Source: Dimorphilus gyrociliatus (taxonomy: Eukaryota > Animalia > Annelida). Taken from it: a stretch of 64,000 nt of DNA. A program made the position numbers and the translations under genes. The DNA is taken from contig CAJFCJ010000002.1 in the NCBI GenBank assembly GCA_904063045.1, positions 558,001-622,000 of the forward strand. Reading direction: 5' to 3'. Below the pieces are notes generated by a model. That model made no database searches. It worked only from the letters and a program-made list of their open reading frames with translations, and was not told the origin of the DNA. Of the stretch, positions 39,257 through 50,900 are shown piece after piece (within the stretch, counting starts at the first letter, position 1; each line of letters begins with the position of its first letter).

Positions 39257-40027
39257 ATGCCATTCTTAGATGTTAATTTTGGATCATTTATTGTCTCAAT
39301 GTTATTTTGGAATTATGTTTACTCAGATGTGAATTGTTTATCTAAAGGATCTGATTTTAAGTATTGCAATAGGTCAGCTTCTTGTAGAAAAATACATTTT
39401 TCTTGTAACTGCTTTGAAGAAGGGGCTATAGAGTGTACTGATGGTAGATGCGAAAAAAATTTTTTTGGGGCTACTAGCTTCTGCTTTAGTCCTGCCTTTA
39501 CTACAAAATCTTCTCCATCATGTATATATGACCACAAATGGTGTACATACTCAAAAAAATGTGTACGTGATATAGATTATGCCAAAAATTGTCCAAAATA
39601 TATGTGTAGTAAAAGAAGAAAAAAATGCAAATATGGAAGAAGAAGATGCGTTGCAATGTCTGAGTATTGTGAGGAAGAAAAATGTCCAAATCCTATGGTA
39701 AAATGTGGCTATCAATGTAAGATTTCTTGTCAGCCGACTTTTGAACAGCATTCAAAAACTCACTTAATACTTTACTTTTTACTACCTGTATTCTTGGTTG
39801 TTGTCTTGTGTCTAATAATCTGCAGAAGATGTTGTCTGCAAAACACTACATCTGGCAGAAACATTGAGCAAACTGAATTGGGTCCTCTGCGAGAAAGCCA
39901 ACCAACAATACCAAACATTACACCATCCGTAGGTTGTTATAACGAACATCAACCCTCTTTTCCTCCACCGGCTTATGAAGAAGTTAGTAAAGAGGGATTG
40001 CCTTCATACGAAGATATTATTAAATAG
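39257..40027 (+). CDS. Cys-rich type I membrane protein, paralog B (20-Cys ectodomain, PPAY + LPSY tail), intronless CDS
   Basis: Likely start MPFLDV (39257). The 20 Cys are collinear with paralog A. TM LILYFLLPVFLVVVLCLIIC, followed by PPPAY and LPSY motifs. Confidence 0.85.
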   Translation: MPFLDVNFGSFIVSMLFWNYVYSDVNCLSKGSDFKYCNRSASCRKIHFSCNCFEEGAIECTDGRCEKNFFGATSFCFSPAFTTKSSPSCIYDHKWCTYSKKCVRDIDYAKNCPKYMCSKRRKKCKYGRRRCVAMSEYCEEEKCPNPMVKCGYQCKISCQPTFEQHSKTHLILYFLLPVFLVVVLCLIICRRCCLQNTTSGRNIEQTELGPLRESQPTIPNITPSVGCYNEHQPSFPPPAYEEVSKEGLPSYEDIIK

Positions 40028-40826
40028 CATGGGACAACTGATCATTTTCATAAATTCACGTCACAAATGTATGAGTCATTTGATTGATGACACGTATTTT
40101 TGCTTTATAGATTATAATAAATTTTAAATAGTTCAGACACAAATCTACACGAATAATCAAATACAATACAAGTAAATGTTTTTAATGATCTATGCTTTTA
40201 AAGACTAAGCGGAGGCAAATAAATACTGGTCTTTTGAAATTTAAATAGCAAAAATTAATATCACTGCAACCGATGGAGAGATATACAGTATAATTTCAGA
40301 AACCTTTGTAACAGTTCACGGAAATTAGGACAGCTATTGTATTCAAACTTTATAAATTATCTACAAAGTTGACAGATTTTTCAAATAATTCTCTCCAAAT
40401 GGTTAATAAAATTGTACTCTCGCAGAACATTAGATCTCAGAAAACATAATTGATCGATGGTAATGAATTCATAGGTTCTTTCAGAAGTTTCCAAATTTCT
40501 TTCAGCAATATTATCAGTAAAATAGTTAATTTTACTCAATAGATCATTTTTAGAGAAAAAATTTCAAATATATATTCTCAGTATTACATGTACTGTTTGT
40601 GTATTATGAACAGTTTCATTTTATTAGCAAACTTTTAAAAAATACGTTTATAAATTCATTCAATAATAAATATCTGTAGCTTCATCCCTAAAATATAAGT
40701 TCATATCATATTCTAATTCTCAGTTAGATGGCGGTAGAATTCGTTCCAAATTTATTCCTCATTATCTATTCAAGGTGAAGGATACATACTGCAACTAGGC
40801 TACTTTGCAAATCTGTATTGACTTGA

Positions 40827-41672
40827 ATGAAGACGAAAAACGTTCCTGATCTATTTTTATTCATCCTTACAGCTTCCAATTGTTCACCAACATTGAACAA
40901 AGACAAGGAATGCCGCAATCCAGCGGAAAAATTTTGCAATGTATCGGGTGAATGCAGAAATTCTAAATATTCTTGCTTATGTATAAATGATAAACATTTT
41001 GATTGTAATGACAAAAGGTGCGTTGACAAAGAGACTGGTTGCTCTGTTAAAAGTATGTTTAACAGTAGATATAGAGGAAAATGTATTAGAGGCTACGAAT
41101 GGTGTTCCAGAATTCTGCATTGCGTAAAAAAAAACGACTACGATCAACGCTGTAAGTCTAATTATAAAACTTATAGTCAAGCTCCGAAATGTGACAGCTT
41201 CAAGAAAATATGTAGTAGTGGACAACGATTGTGTATTGATTCTGATGAATTCTGCCCCGATGAGGGTTGTACTTATAATCTACGTAAGTGCGGATATAGA
41301 TGCTACGCTGACAGCGAAATTTGCGAATTGAATTTACAGAGTCAGTGTGATGGATCAGCGGCAATACGGTGTAACAGTGACAACAATGTTCTTATACTTT
41401 TTTACATTATTATTCCCATATTATTGATTCTTTTGGCTGCCTATGGGATGTACCAAAAATTCATAAAAAGTGTCCGTCCGACATCTTTGCCATTCCTTAA
41501 CTACGGCCTAGCAAACATGCCAGCTTCAAACCGAGATTCGAATATGGATGTGGACTGTAGTGCAAGTTCAAGTGATTCTCCGCCAAAGTACGAAGATGTA
41601 GTCAAAGAAACCCAAACGAATTATTTACATAACTTTAAAAATGAAAGCAAAAACACTAATTCCTCTGAATAA
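40827..41672 (+). CDS. Cys-rich type I membrane protein, paralog C (20+2 Cys ectodomain, PPKY tail), intronless CDS
   Basis: Signal-like N-terminus, the same 20-Cys frame plus one extra Cys pair, TM VLILFYIIIPILLILLAAYGMY and a PPKY motif. Confidence 0.85.
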   Translation: MKTKNVPDLFLFILTASNCSPTLNKDKECRNPAEKFCNVSGECRNSKYSCLCINDKHFDCNDKRCVDKETGCSVKSMFNSRYRGKCIRGYEWCSRILHCVKKNDYDQRCKSNYKTYSQAPKCDSFKKICSSGQRLCIDSDEFCPDEGCTYNLRKCGYRCYADSEICELNLQSQCDGSAAIRCNSDNNVLILFYIIIPILLILLAAYGMYQKFIKSVRPTSLPFLNYGLANMPASNRDSNMDVDCSASSSDSPPKYEDVVKETQTNYLHNFKNESKNTNSSE

Positions 41673-41848
41673 TAGCATATATTAATGTACATAAATATGC
41701 AGATATACTGTATATATATATATTAGTATACATATTGTACGAATTCTGTATGTCTATTTAAAATGAATAACGTCTAAACACTAAGTTTAATGTAATTATC
41801 ATTATACGCTGCACGACAAGAACTACTTTAGTCACTAAAGTGAGTGTT

Positions 41849-44297
41849 TTAATTGTCAATAGTGCGACCGTTACTTAAAACTACTTCAGTTAGAGGTGTT
41901 TCACGGTTCTTCGATCGCGTCGCTGATATTATTCCTCTATTTTTGCTTGATCTCGTATCCATTTTACCTTTTAAAAAGTGGGTCATCATCCTTCCCTTTC
42001 CTGGTATCTCCCTTTCTGATCGTTCTTCTGTTAGATATCCCCCAAAACTCTCTAGACACTTCATCGTATCCTCACTGATATGAATTTTCATTGCTAAATA
42101 AAAAGTTTAAAAACAAATAATACTGAGTTGAATACTTTTTAAAATCCCGGATACTAACGTACTCCTGTAGCCTCCATGATGTTAGCAATATTAACTGTAT
42201 CACCAAACAAACAATATCTCGGCATTTTAGATCCGACAACTCCAGCAACAACTGGACCTTAAAATATTGGGAGCAGATGTAAGTGATCAGATTGAACTAA
42301 TTATTCGCTTTGAAGTATCTTTAATAATCATGCTGAAGCATATAATTAGATTTCGGTTTTTACCTGTATGTATTCCAATTCGAAGCCTCAAAGTCTCTTC
42401 AGGTAGATGCTGAATATCAAACTCTTTTATACCATTTAAAAGATCCAAAGATAAAGAGCTAATTTCAGATACATGCCTCTTTCCTGTAATAAATTTAAGT
42501 CAACATGAGTTTAAAATGAAATCTTAGAAGAGCTGCATACTTATAAGTCGGATGTCACAAATTTTAACATTCTAAAGTTTAGGAAATTTCTGTATTACAA
42601 ACTAATTTTATAATAGGAATTTAAATTCCTCTTAGGTGATAATTTTACGTTAAATACATTTTTAAGTTCTGTCGGGATCGAAAAATAACACACTAAAACG
42701 TGATAACACTAATCCTTAAAATGAACAATAATCTTTTACTCTGCACTTCTAATAAATAGGCACGTATGCATGTAATTAAACTAATGGATATGTATTTTAA
42801 GATACTGGTATAGATTTGAAAATCCCACCATTTCTCTGTGGTAGTCCTGAAGCTACCATATAAGCATCTCCAATTGTCTCCACTTTGTATGCATCATATC
42901 TATCGATTGCGGTATCGAAGAAATAGTAAAGACTATTCAAAAACTGGATAACCTAATTTTTTTTAAATGATTACATTTGTATTCCATACTAGTTTAATGC
43001 TTACCTGCATGGGAGAACTTTTAGCTGAGATAGAAGTAAAACCAACAATGTCAGAAAAATATATTGTAACAGAATTAAAACTTTCAGCTGAAACCCTTTT
43101 AGATAATTTTAACTGGAGAGCAACAGACTTAGGAAGCATCTGATACAGAAGTTCATCAGATCTCTTCTTTTCCATTCGTAATTCTTTTGTTTTGCCTGAC
43201 AAGCCCAAGGCGTAATTGTGAATTGTGGCTGTTATCTTGTCTATCAAAATGATGACTATCGGACCTAAAAGTAATACTATAGCAAAGAGAAAGCTAACAC
43301 CTCCCAACTGAACATTGTTATTTGATTTCGCATCTTTGGAAACTTTTAAGATATAATCTCTGATCGTTTGTGTAAGTTTTTCAATTCCAATCAAAACTTC
43401 TTTCACATTTTTTTTCCATTTCAGAAATTCTTCATAGCTAATAATGCTAGTCTCATTGCTCATTTTCACATTAAAGTACATTATTTCATCCATTAACTCT
43501 TTTTCCATTAAATTATGTTTTTCAATTTCTGCCGTTAATATGCTAGAAATTTCTTTACTAACCTCAACTTGACTGAACGCCAAAAAATTATATTTTATGT
43601 AGTTTTGAACGAAATATGTGTCTGATCTATTAAAGAACGACTGCTTACCAAAATAGAGAGCAATGTCAAAATTCTTTTGCATTTTAATTAAGAATTTATA
43701 GGATAGAAGATCCCTCCAAATTTTCGTGTTATCAACATTTTTGGATAAAATAGTTATTGCAATCGAAAATTCATTTACTAAATCGTCATAAAATACGAAG
43801 ACTTGTTCCTTTGAAAGGCTACCATTCATAATAACGAAATGCACTTGTTGTAGCTGGCTCCGAACTGCTAGCCTGTCCTCATATATACCTTTTAGAGACC
43901 AGATGGTAATTTTCGACATCACCTTAGTGGTAATCTCAAATCTAGATGTTAAATTCCCCTTGCTTACGTGACCGTCCAAGTATTCAATTACTAAGTCTTT
44001 TTCCTTAGTTATAGAATCAATAGTGTTACCATATTCTATTACCACCAAAGTTTCTTCATAAGCCTTTTCCGTAAAATTTTTTGCACTAATAGAGCGCGCT
44101 AAACAAATAATTGCTTGTCCAAGAAGTATAACGATTGGTATAAGAGGAATAACAAGCATTTGTACAGTTTGAATTTGCTTGCCTTTTTTTGTAATAGGAT
44201 CAGCATTACAAAATCCTGATTTGATATCCACTGTACTTCCCTTAGATATATCAGAAGCAATTGAAGATCTTCGAGTAGGTATTATTTTGTTACCCAT
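41849..44297 (-). CDS. NIT-domain-type membrane guanylyl cyclase (2 TM, no kinase-homology domain)
   Basis: Exon 44297-43005 encodes TM1 ([13 protein letters not shown]), a helical sensor, TM2 and a coiled coil ([26 protein letters not shown]). Four further exons give [38 protein letters not shown] and MKIHISE. The E and C specificity residues indicate GTP. The NIT assignment is by motif resemblance. Confidence 0.88.
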
Positions 44298-44466
44298 ATT
44301 CTAGACTAGCAAGTCTCTAATTAAACTAAGCTTGAAGAAAGCTAATCTTAATATGATGTTCAGAGTCATCTATCGAGTAAGAAAAGTAAGAGATATTTGA
44401 AAGGCTTTCTCAATAAATTCATGTATATTTTCAAAAATGTGTTAGAATGCTTAAATTAAGAGAAAG

Positions 44467-44547
44467 TATATATATATATATATATATATTAATAATTTTA
44501 TACATATATTGTTGATAGTAGTAAGAATATAAGGTGTTACTGATTTG

Positions 44548-44598
<51 letters not shown>
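44467..44598. repeat. Two (TA)n microsatellites (44467-44489 and 44552-44598)
   Basis: Directly visible perfect TA runs of about 11 and 23 units between the PDE4 stop and the guanylyl cyclase ATG. Confidence 0.95.
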
Positions 44599-44600
<2 letters not shown>

Positions 44601-44920
44601 CATTATGTGCAAATATACACATGTTAATAATCGCAAAAAAGTAATATGCAGGATAGAGGCAGATCTGGACTTTTACAACGTTAACGAGTTCTTCATTGTA
44701 CGTCATAATGAGTAGTCATGTTTCTTCAAGTCACGCTTCCCAAACTATTTACAAATGGAACTTGAGCACGATTAGTACATAGTGAAACGCAGCATGATTC
44801 CGTTAAATTTCGTTAATGATGAAGTATATGGCACGGATGAAGATATTTTTTATTTGTAACTCGACATCATTCATCTTTTTATTGCCAATATATAGTCATT
44901 TCTCACACTTCTATTAATAC

Positions 44921-47900
44921 TTAAACATCTGTTATTTGGTGAACTTCTAGAGGTTCATCAATAATTGTTTCAGTTGGAGCCGGTTTAGGCTCTTCCTCCT
45001 CTAATGTTAATTCAAATTGAAACTTAGAATCTGCTGTTTCTTCAGTAGGGTTTTCGATGTCTTCAGTTTTCTGACTAAAGGAGTTCGTGGGAGACAATGG
45101 AATCATGTTATGATACCAATCCCTGTTATCTTCCAAAGCATCGAGAATATCTTGACAATCAGGGTGAACTAAGTCAGCCCAAGTTTCCCATAAAGGATGA
45201 GCGATATAGTCAATAAAACCAACCTGAAAACAAGCAATATTTTGTCAATTTTGAAGAATAAAAGCTGTTTCTCAATAATCTTACCTGACTCCTCTCAACT
45301 GTACAATTATGTCTGTCGCACATTGGGGAAATATCCATTCCTTTCTCTCTCTCTAAATCTCCTTGTCTCCAGAATTCTGTCATGACCCGATCTGTCCATT
45401 TTCTGTACAGTTCTAGTGGTTTTGCTGGGCTGCTTAGGTCAGCACAGTGTACCATATTTTGTAACACCTAAATCCCAAGGAAAAGTAATTTATGATGATT
45501 GAATGGAATAAAAAGTCTAAGAAGTATAGATTTTGCTTTCAAACACATATACTCTGTCGCTCTTTCCTCTTATAAATTAAACATTCATCGTAAGTCAGTT
45601 AGGGTGAAGCAGTGAATAATACTTAAAACGTAAGAGAGATTTAATTTTAGATTTTTCAATATATTAAAAAAACAACCTTTATTCTTGAACCATATGATTC
45701 AAATTTCACTAAAGGTCGATCTTGAGACATTTTCCTGGATTCATTAAGTGTCTTCATGTCGGCTAGTATAGCCATATGTTTACTCATATCAGTGGCAATA
45801 ACCTATTATTTAATGAAACGTACGTTGTCTTTTGGATAAAACAAAAAATAGAATATTGGTGGTTTTATACATAGCACACGTCAAACTCTCTAATAACTGT
45901 ATTCCAAGGAAAGAGAAGAAACCGCAAAACGCATAAAAACGAAAATAATTTGGCCATTGCTGTAGATTACCTGTATTCGATCCGTATAATTATCAAGCAA
46001 AAGCACCCCAGAACCAGCAACCTTTTTAGTTTCAACCATCGTTTTTAAGTCAGCCAATAAGCTCATATGTTTAGACATATCAGTGGCCAGAACCTGTGTT
46101 AGGTGAGAGTGTTAAATTGAAAAATAGCATTAAAGAAATAGAGAAAATGGCAAAGCTATAAGATACTTTTACAAGGTTTTAACAAAAAGTTAGATCGATA
46201 TTATAAAAGTGGATTGAAAATCAATTAGAAGAGAAAAATTTCTTATATTTTACCATATCAATAACCATTCTCCTTAAAGTCAATCGTTGTTTCTGAGTTA
46301 AACTGGTAAATATGTCACATCCTTCCTCTTGCAATAGTTTGAAAGCAACAGCCAGATGGTGATTTTCCAGTACACTCTCATCATTGTACATTAAAGCCAA
46401 TTCCGAACTTGTATTGATAAGATATTGATTAGTTAATCCTGGATGGTCTACGTCATGGATTGCAGATGCGAATATAGTGGCTAGCACCTCCAGTTCAGTA
46501 AAAACGTTCTGTTTGAATGAAATAAAACGATAAGATAGAGAAGTAATCTTTTCAAATAATCCCTCCTAAAAGTTAAACTGGTTCAATCAACAGTATATCA
46601 CCAGAATTAAGATAACCGCTATCTCAAATAAAACAAAGCCTTAACTTACCTCCAATGCTGGGACGGATATAAGTACGTGCGATGACTGAGTAACATCAGC
46701 AGCATGAGTAGAATTATGATATGGGTTATCTCGATGATAATGTGCCTCCAGGTGCATTAAGTAATTAATAATAGTAACCGAAGGTATTTTAAATTCTTTG
46801 AGTAGTCCCCTCTCCTAGGAAGAATATAGGTTAACTTTAAAAAATTTACCTAATCTTTATTACCTGCAGTATCGTATAAGTAACCGCTGTTAAGGGGCGA
46901 TAATCGGTTAGCTCGGCAACTTTAAAAATATCGATTCCCCACTTATCAAGATTATTCATATATTCTTCGAGTTCTTTTTCCCTATTACTTTCAACTCCAA
47001 AACGAGGAGTTATTCCGCCACTGAAACTACTAGTATGATGCAATCTTCTCACTCCACTTATTTGAGACATGGGTCCTGTAGACTTTTTACTTAAAACTGT
47101 TTTCTTTGGCTCAGCATCCTCAACCTTAAGCGTAGGTAAATCCACTTCTTGTTTATCTAATCAGTAAGTACAAAGATTTTATTCTGAGAGCGTTTTGCAG
47201 GTCAATTTTACATTTACCAAGGAAAGTGCTGCAAATATATTCGGATATTTGATTTCCGGATTTGCTTGACTCGGCAAAGTGACTCAATTCACGATTTAGC
47301 ATACGCTTAAACTATAAAAAGTAAAAAGTTATAAATATTCTTTCACTATAGAAACTATACAGAGAAATATTAAAGTAAGTATTTATTGGAGAGTGTGCTG
47401 TATTTAGTTTCTAATTAATAATTTGAAATTAATACAATAGACATTTTTCCTTAGCTAAATTTTATCATAATTCTCTGTCTCACAGAATTGAAAACTTTAG
47501 TAAAGAATAATCTATCGATATAACAATCAATAGTACCTTTAAAAAGTCTTTTCATTTCTTTCAACTATTTCTTTCAAAATTAATTTTTGATATAATAAGA
47601 AATATTTAATACATATTTACTCATAATACCTATTGAGAAATGGCGAAAAAAGATCTCTTTATATCTTTTATAATAAAAGTGACAATCTCTGACGAGTAAA
47701 GACATTCTTTAATCAAAACACTGTGGAGTAGAAACGCAATTTCAGAAAGATAGATCTTCAAATCTCAACTAGCTTAGCATTGATAGCTATACTAAAATTT
47801 AATTATACTACAAGATGATTTGTTAATAAAATCTTTGTAACACTTGCTAAAAGACCTATAAAATACGCTATTTTTACAATAGCATATTTTCTCCTTATAC

Positions 47901-50900
47901 ACTTTCAATACTAAGAAAGCAATAAATTTGTTCGAAGTGACCTTTATTTTCTAAAAATGGGAAATTGTAAAGAATTTTTAAATTATCAAAATTATTCTAT
48001 TTTTTTGTAATCAAAGAATTGTTTTGTTTTATGTTATTCGCAAGAGGGCATTAGTGCTCAATTTTTTTAACGTAAATCGTTGGATGTACAATGTTTTTTA
48101 TTCTAAAATAATTCGAATTCACTAAAGATTTTTAGGACTCACTTTGCTTGACGCCATATCTGATACACTCCGATGAGTCTGTATTGTTTCCAGTTGTTCC
48201 AAGCACCATTCCAATTCTTCTAAGGTATCCTGAGCCAGTTTTTGATAAGCCTCATCTGTCAATTAAATAATTAATAAAACACAATAATCTAATATATAAT
48301 TTAGTAAATCGAAGAATAGAATGCTCACCCGATAACTTTATGTTAGTCTGAGGAGGAGGGGTCGCAGTTGTTGTCGTAACATAGTGAGTATTTGTATGAT
48401 GTCCAATGGAACTTCCTCTCCGATTAGATCTAAAAAAACTACTAGTTAATAAATGTATCAAAATCGATATTTTAATTAATTGTAGATTCTTTAAATTTGA
48501 TTTTTTGTGCAGTAATACCACATATAAATTTATACATATACACTGTATTATTATATATATATATATATATACTGTATTATTATATATATATATGTATATA
48601 TATAGTGTATATTTTATACATATATATATATATATACTGTATATTTATATATATATATACAGTATATCTATACTGTATATTTATATACTGTATATATATA
48701 ATCAAAACTTTAAGTCTATTTCTCCAATTTTTTATTTCAAAAAAATAAGAAGGCCTTCGATGCTCTAGGAAACGAGCGTCGAATTTTCGATTAAGCCCTT
48801 AGCCCTGGAGTTGTCTTGGTGACGCTGACGTCAGCTTTCGCTTCTAACGGATTCACTCAAATTACGTTATTAAGCGTCTTTCCATAAATTTGCCAATTGA
48901 GAGAAGATATAAATTAATAAAACATTCAAAATTCTTACTTGTTTACTGGAGTTACATTTGTAAGGGATACGTAGTTATTCTTAACACTTCTTAAACTCGC
49001 CAAAATTTGAGCAAATGGAGTTACGATTAAGTCCTCTGCATGTCTAAAAGGCGAAAAATGACAATTAAATGAAGCTGTAAGTGATACACATATTGCAATT
49101 GAAGAAACGAAATGGGAAACTGTATAATAACTAGTTCTAAGTAACTGTAGTAGTATAAAAACGTCAGCAAATTGAATCTGTTTATTATATTCTTTACGCT
49201 TGGCTATAAAAACGAAGAGAAGAAATTTACAAACAGCTTTTGATAGTAAAAAAAAAATACTAAAACCGTTGTTTATAGCGCGGTAGGCGTCCTCATAGCT
49301 TCATTAAGTACGTTGTTTCGAGGGTTAATTAGCCCGATATCCGCTCTACAAACCTACCTAGGCTCATATAGGCAATGCCTAGAGCGACTCTTCTTTTTAT
49401 CAATGTCCGATAACAAATCATTGGAATCAAAAGCATCTCTACACTCTCCGCCTGAGACTTTCATGCTTCCGCCTAATTGATTGACGTCACTACACGATTC
49501 AGAGCAGCGCACTGCGTGACCTCTAGCGTCTCAATTCATCGATACTTGTGACGTCAAAGGGAATATAAACTTACAGAATATTGGGTCTAGCTAAGTTACT
49601 CTTTCTTGCAGCCTGGGGTGATCTAGAAACGTTATCCAAGCCTTGGGCCCAGGACAAGGAAAGACTCTTACTTAGACAGACATCTATTGAGTTTAAACGA
49701 CGTTCTTTAATCGCAGAATTATTCATATCGGTGGTATATTGAATAAAATAAAATCATTCTACCCTACCAAGTAGAGTACTGAATGCCGCTCGATAAAAAG
49801 AACGGAGTAGGCCAAAAACTAAGGTGAAGCACAACACGCCACCAAATGTGCTATTCTAGTCTGGCATGAAAGAATTGTTGAGAGAAAGAACTATTCACCG
49901 GTAATTTCTCATCGATAATCTTCTATATCGATTCACATCATTATGTAATTAAAGAATTCGTTAATTATAATTGAGAAAGGGTTGTAAGAAAACATTTAAA
50001 GTGGTGGCGGTTGTTTAGCCAACAGTGGTAGTATAGTAAAAAACAGTACCACAGAAGAGTACCACAAAAAAAGAAAAGCGGCCCTCACCTATGCCAAAAA
50101 GAATATTTAATATGTCTTGGTAATCCCCGCTTAATCTCATGAAACTCTTTCAAACTAGACACAGTGGTTGTCTGTCCTAACTTAGATGGAAAAATCCCAT
50201 TAGAAAGAGTAGGGAGTGAGGCTGCAAAGGTTGATATCCAAAATTCACCTCCACCCCCCGGCGACAATCCACCTTCAGATAGCGCAGTAGGTGACACTAT
50301 TGATTTTCCTCCTCGATCTCGAGGACTGGGTAGCGGAAGCATTATTCCTCAAATGGTCAATATGTGTGGTATGATACCAAAGTGGGAAAAGTCGCTGACT
50401 AAGCTCCGCATAGTCTCATTTGTATAAATACATATATATGCAGCACAATATTTATATTATATATGCTGATTATAAGTAGTATATTATGTATATAAATTTA
50501 TGTTTATAAATCCTTCTCAGGTGTTATTTCCTTCTACCTGCTCCGCAACAGTAAAACAGCAATATTACACTGTCACACACTTGCCGCCAGATTAGATTGT
50601 ATTTTTTGTAATTTAAGACTGGTCTCATTATACATTGGCTTCGCATCTTGTAATGGCGTTCCTTTGATGCCATAATGTTACACATTCATAGGCTCGAATA
50701 AACCACTACATTGAGTAAATATTGAATAAGATGCTTACGTATAGAAAGATAATTAACTAAGGAAAAGATGAGATAAAGATTCGAAACAAACCTAGTTCCT
50801 TTTTCCAAAGAAAAAGAAGGATACTCAAAATGTTCATGCCCTACCACATGCACCTTTTTTAAAGGCGGTTCACCAGACATTCTCTCACACACTGCTTGAT

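Noticed and set aside
39319-41225. Short minus-strand ORFs over the Cys-rich genes
   Set aside because: Antisense shadows with no coding features of their own.
44298-44920. PDE4 to guanylyl cyclase read-through or operon
   Set aside because: Close same-strand spacing is normal here, and there is no sequence evidence for polycistronic processing.
48406-48768. Ile/Tyr-rich ORFs on the plus strand
   Set aside because: They are translations of the (TA)n repeat.
50164-50427. Pro-rich plus-strand ORF (MVVCPNLDG...)
   Set aside because: It is antisense to a PDE4 first exon with a proper phase-2 donor, and there is no splice or homology support for the plus strand.
50686-50892. [13 protein letters not shown]... 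as another PDE4 first exon
   Set aside because: Its only good donor is phase 1, which does not fit the next acceptor (phase 2). It may be UTR. Unresolved.
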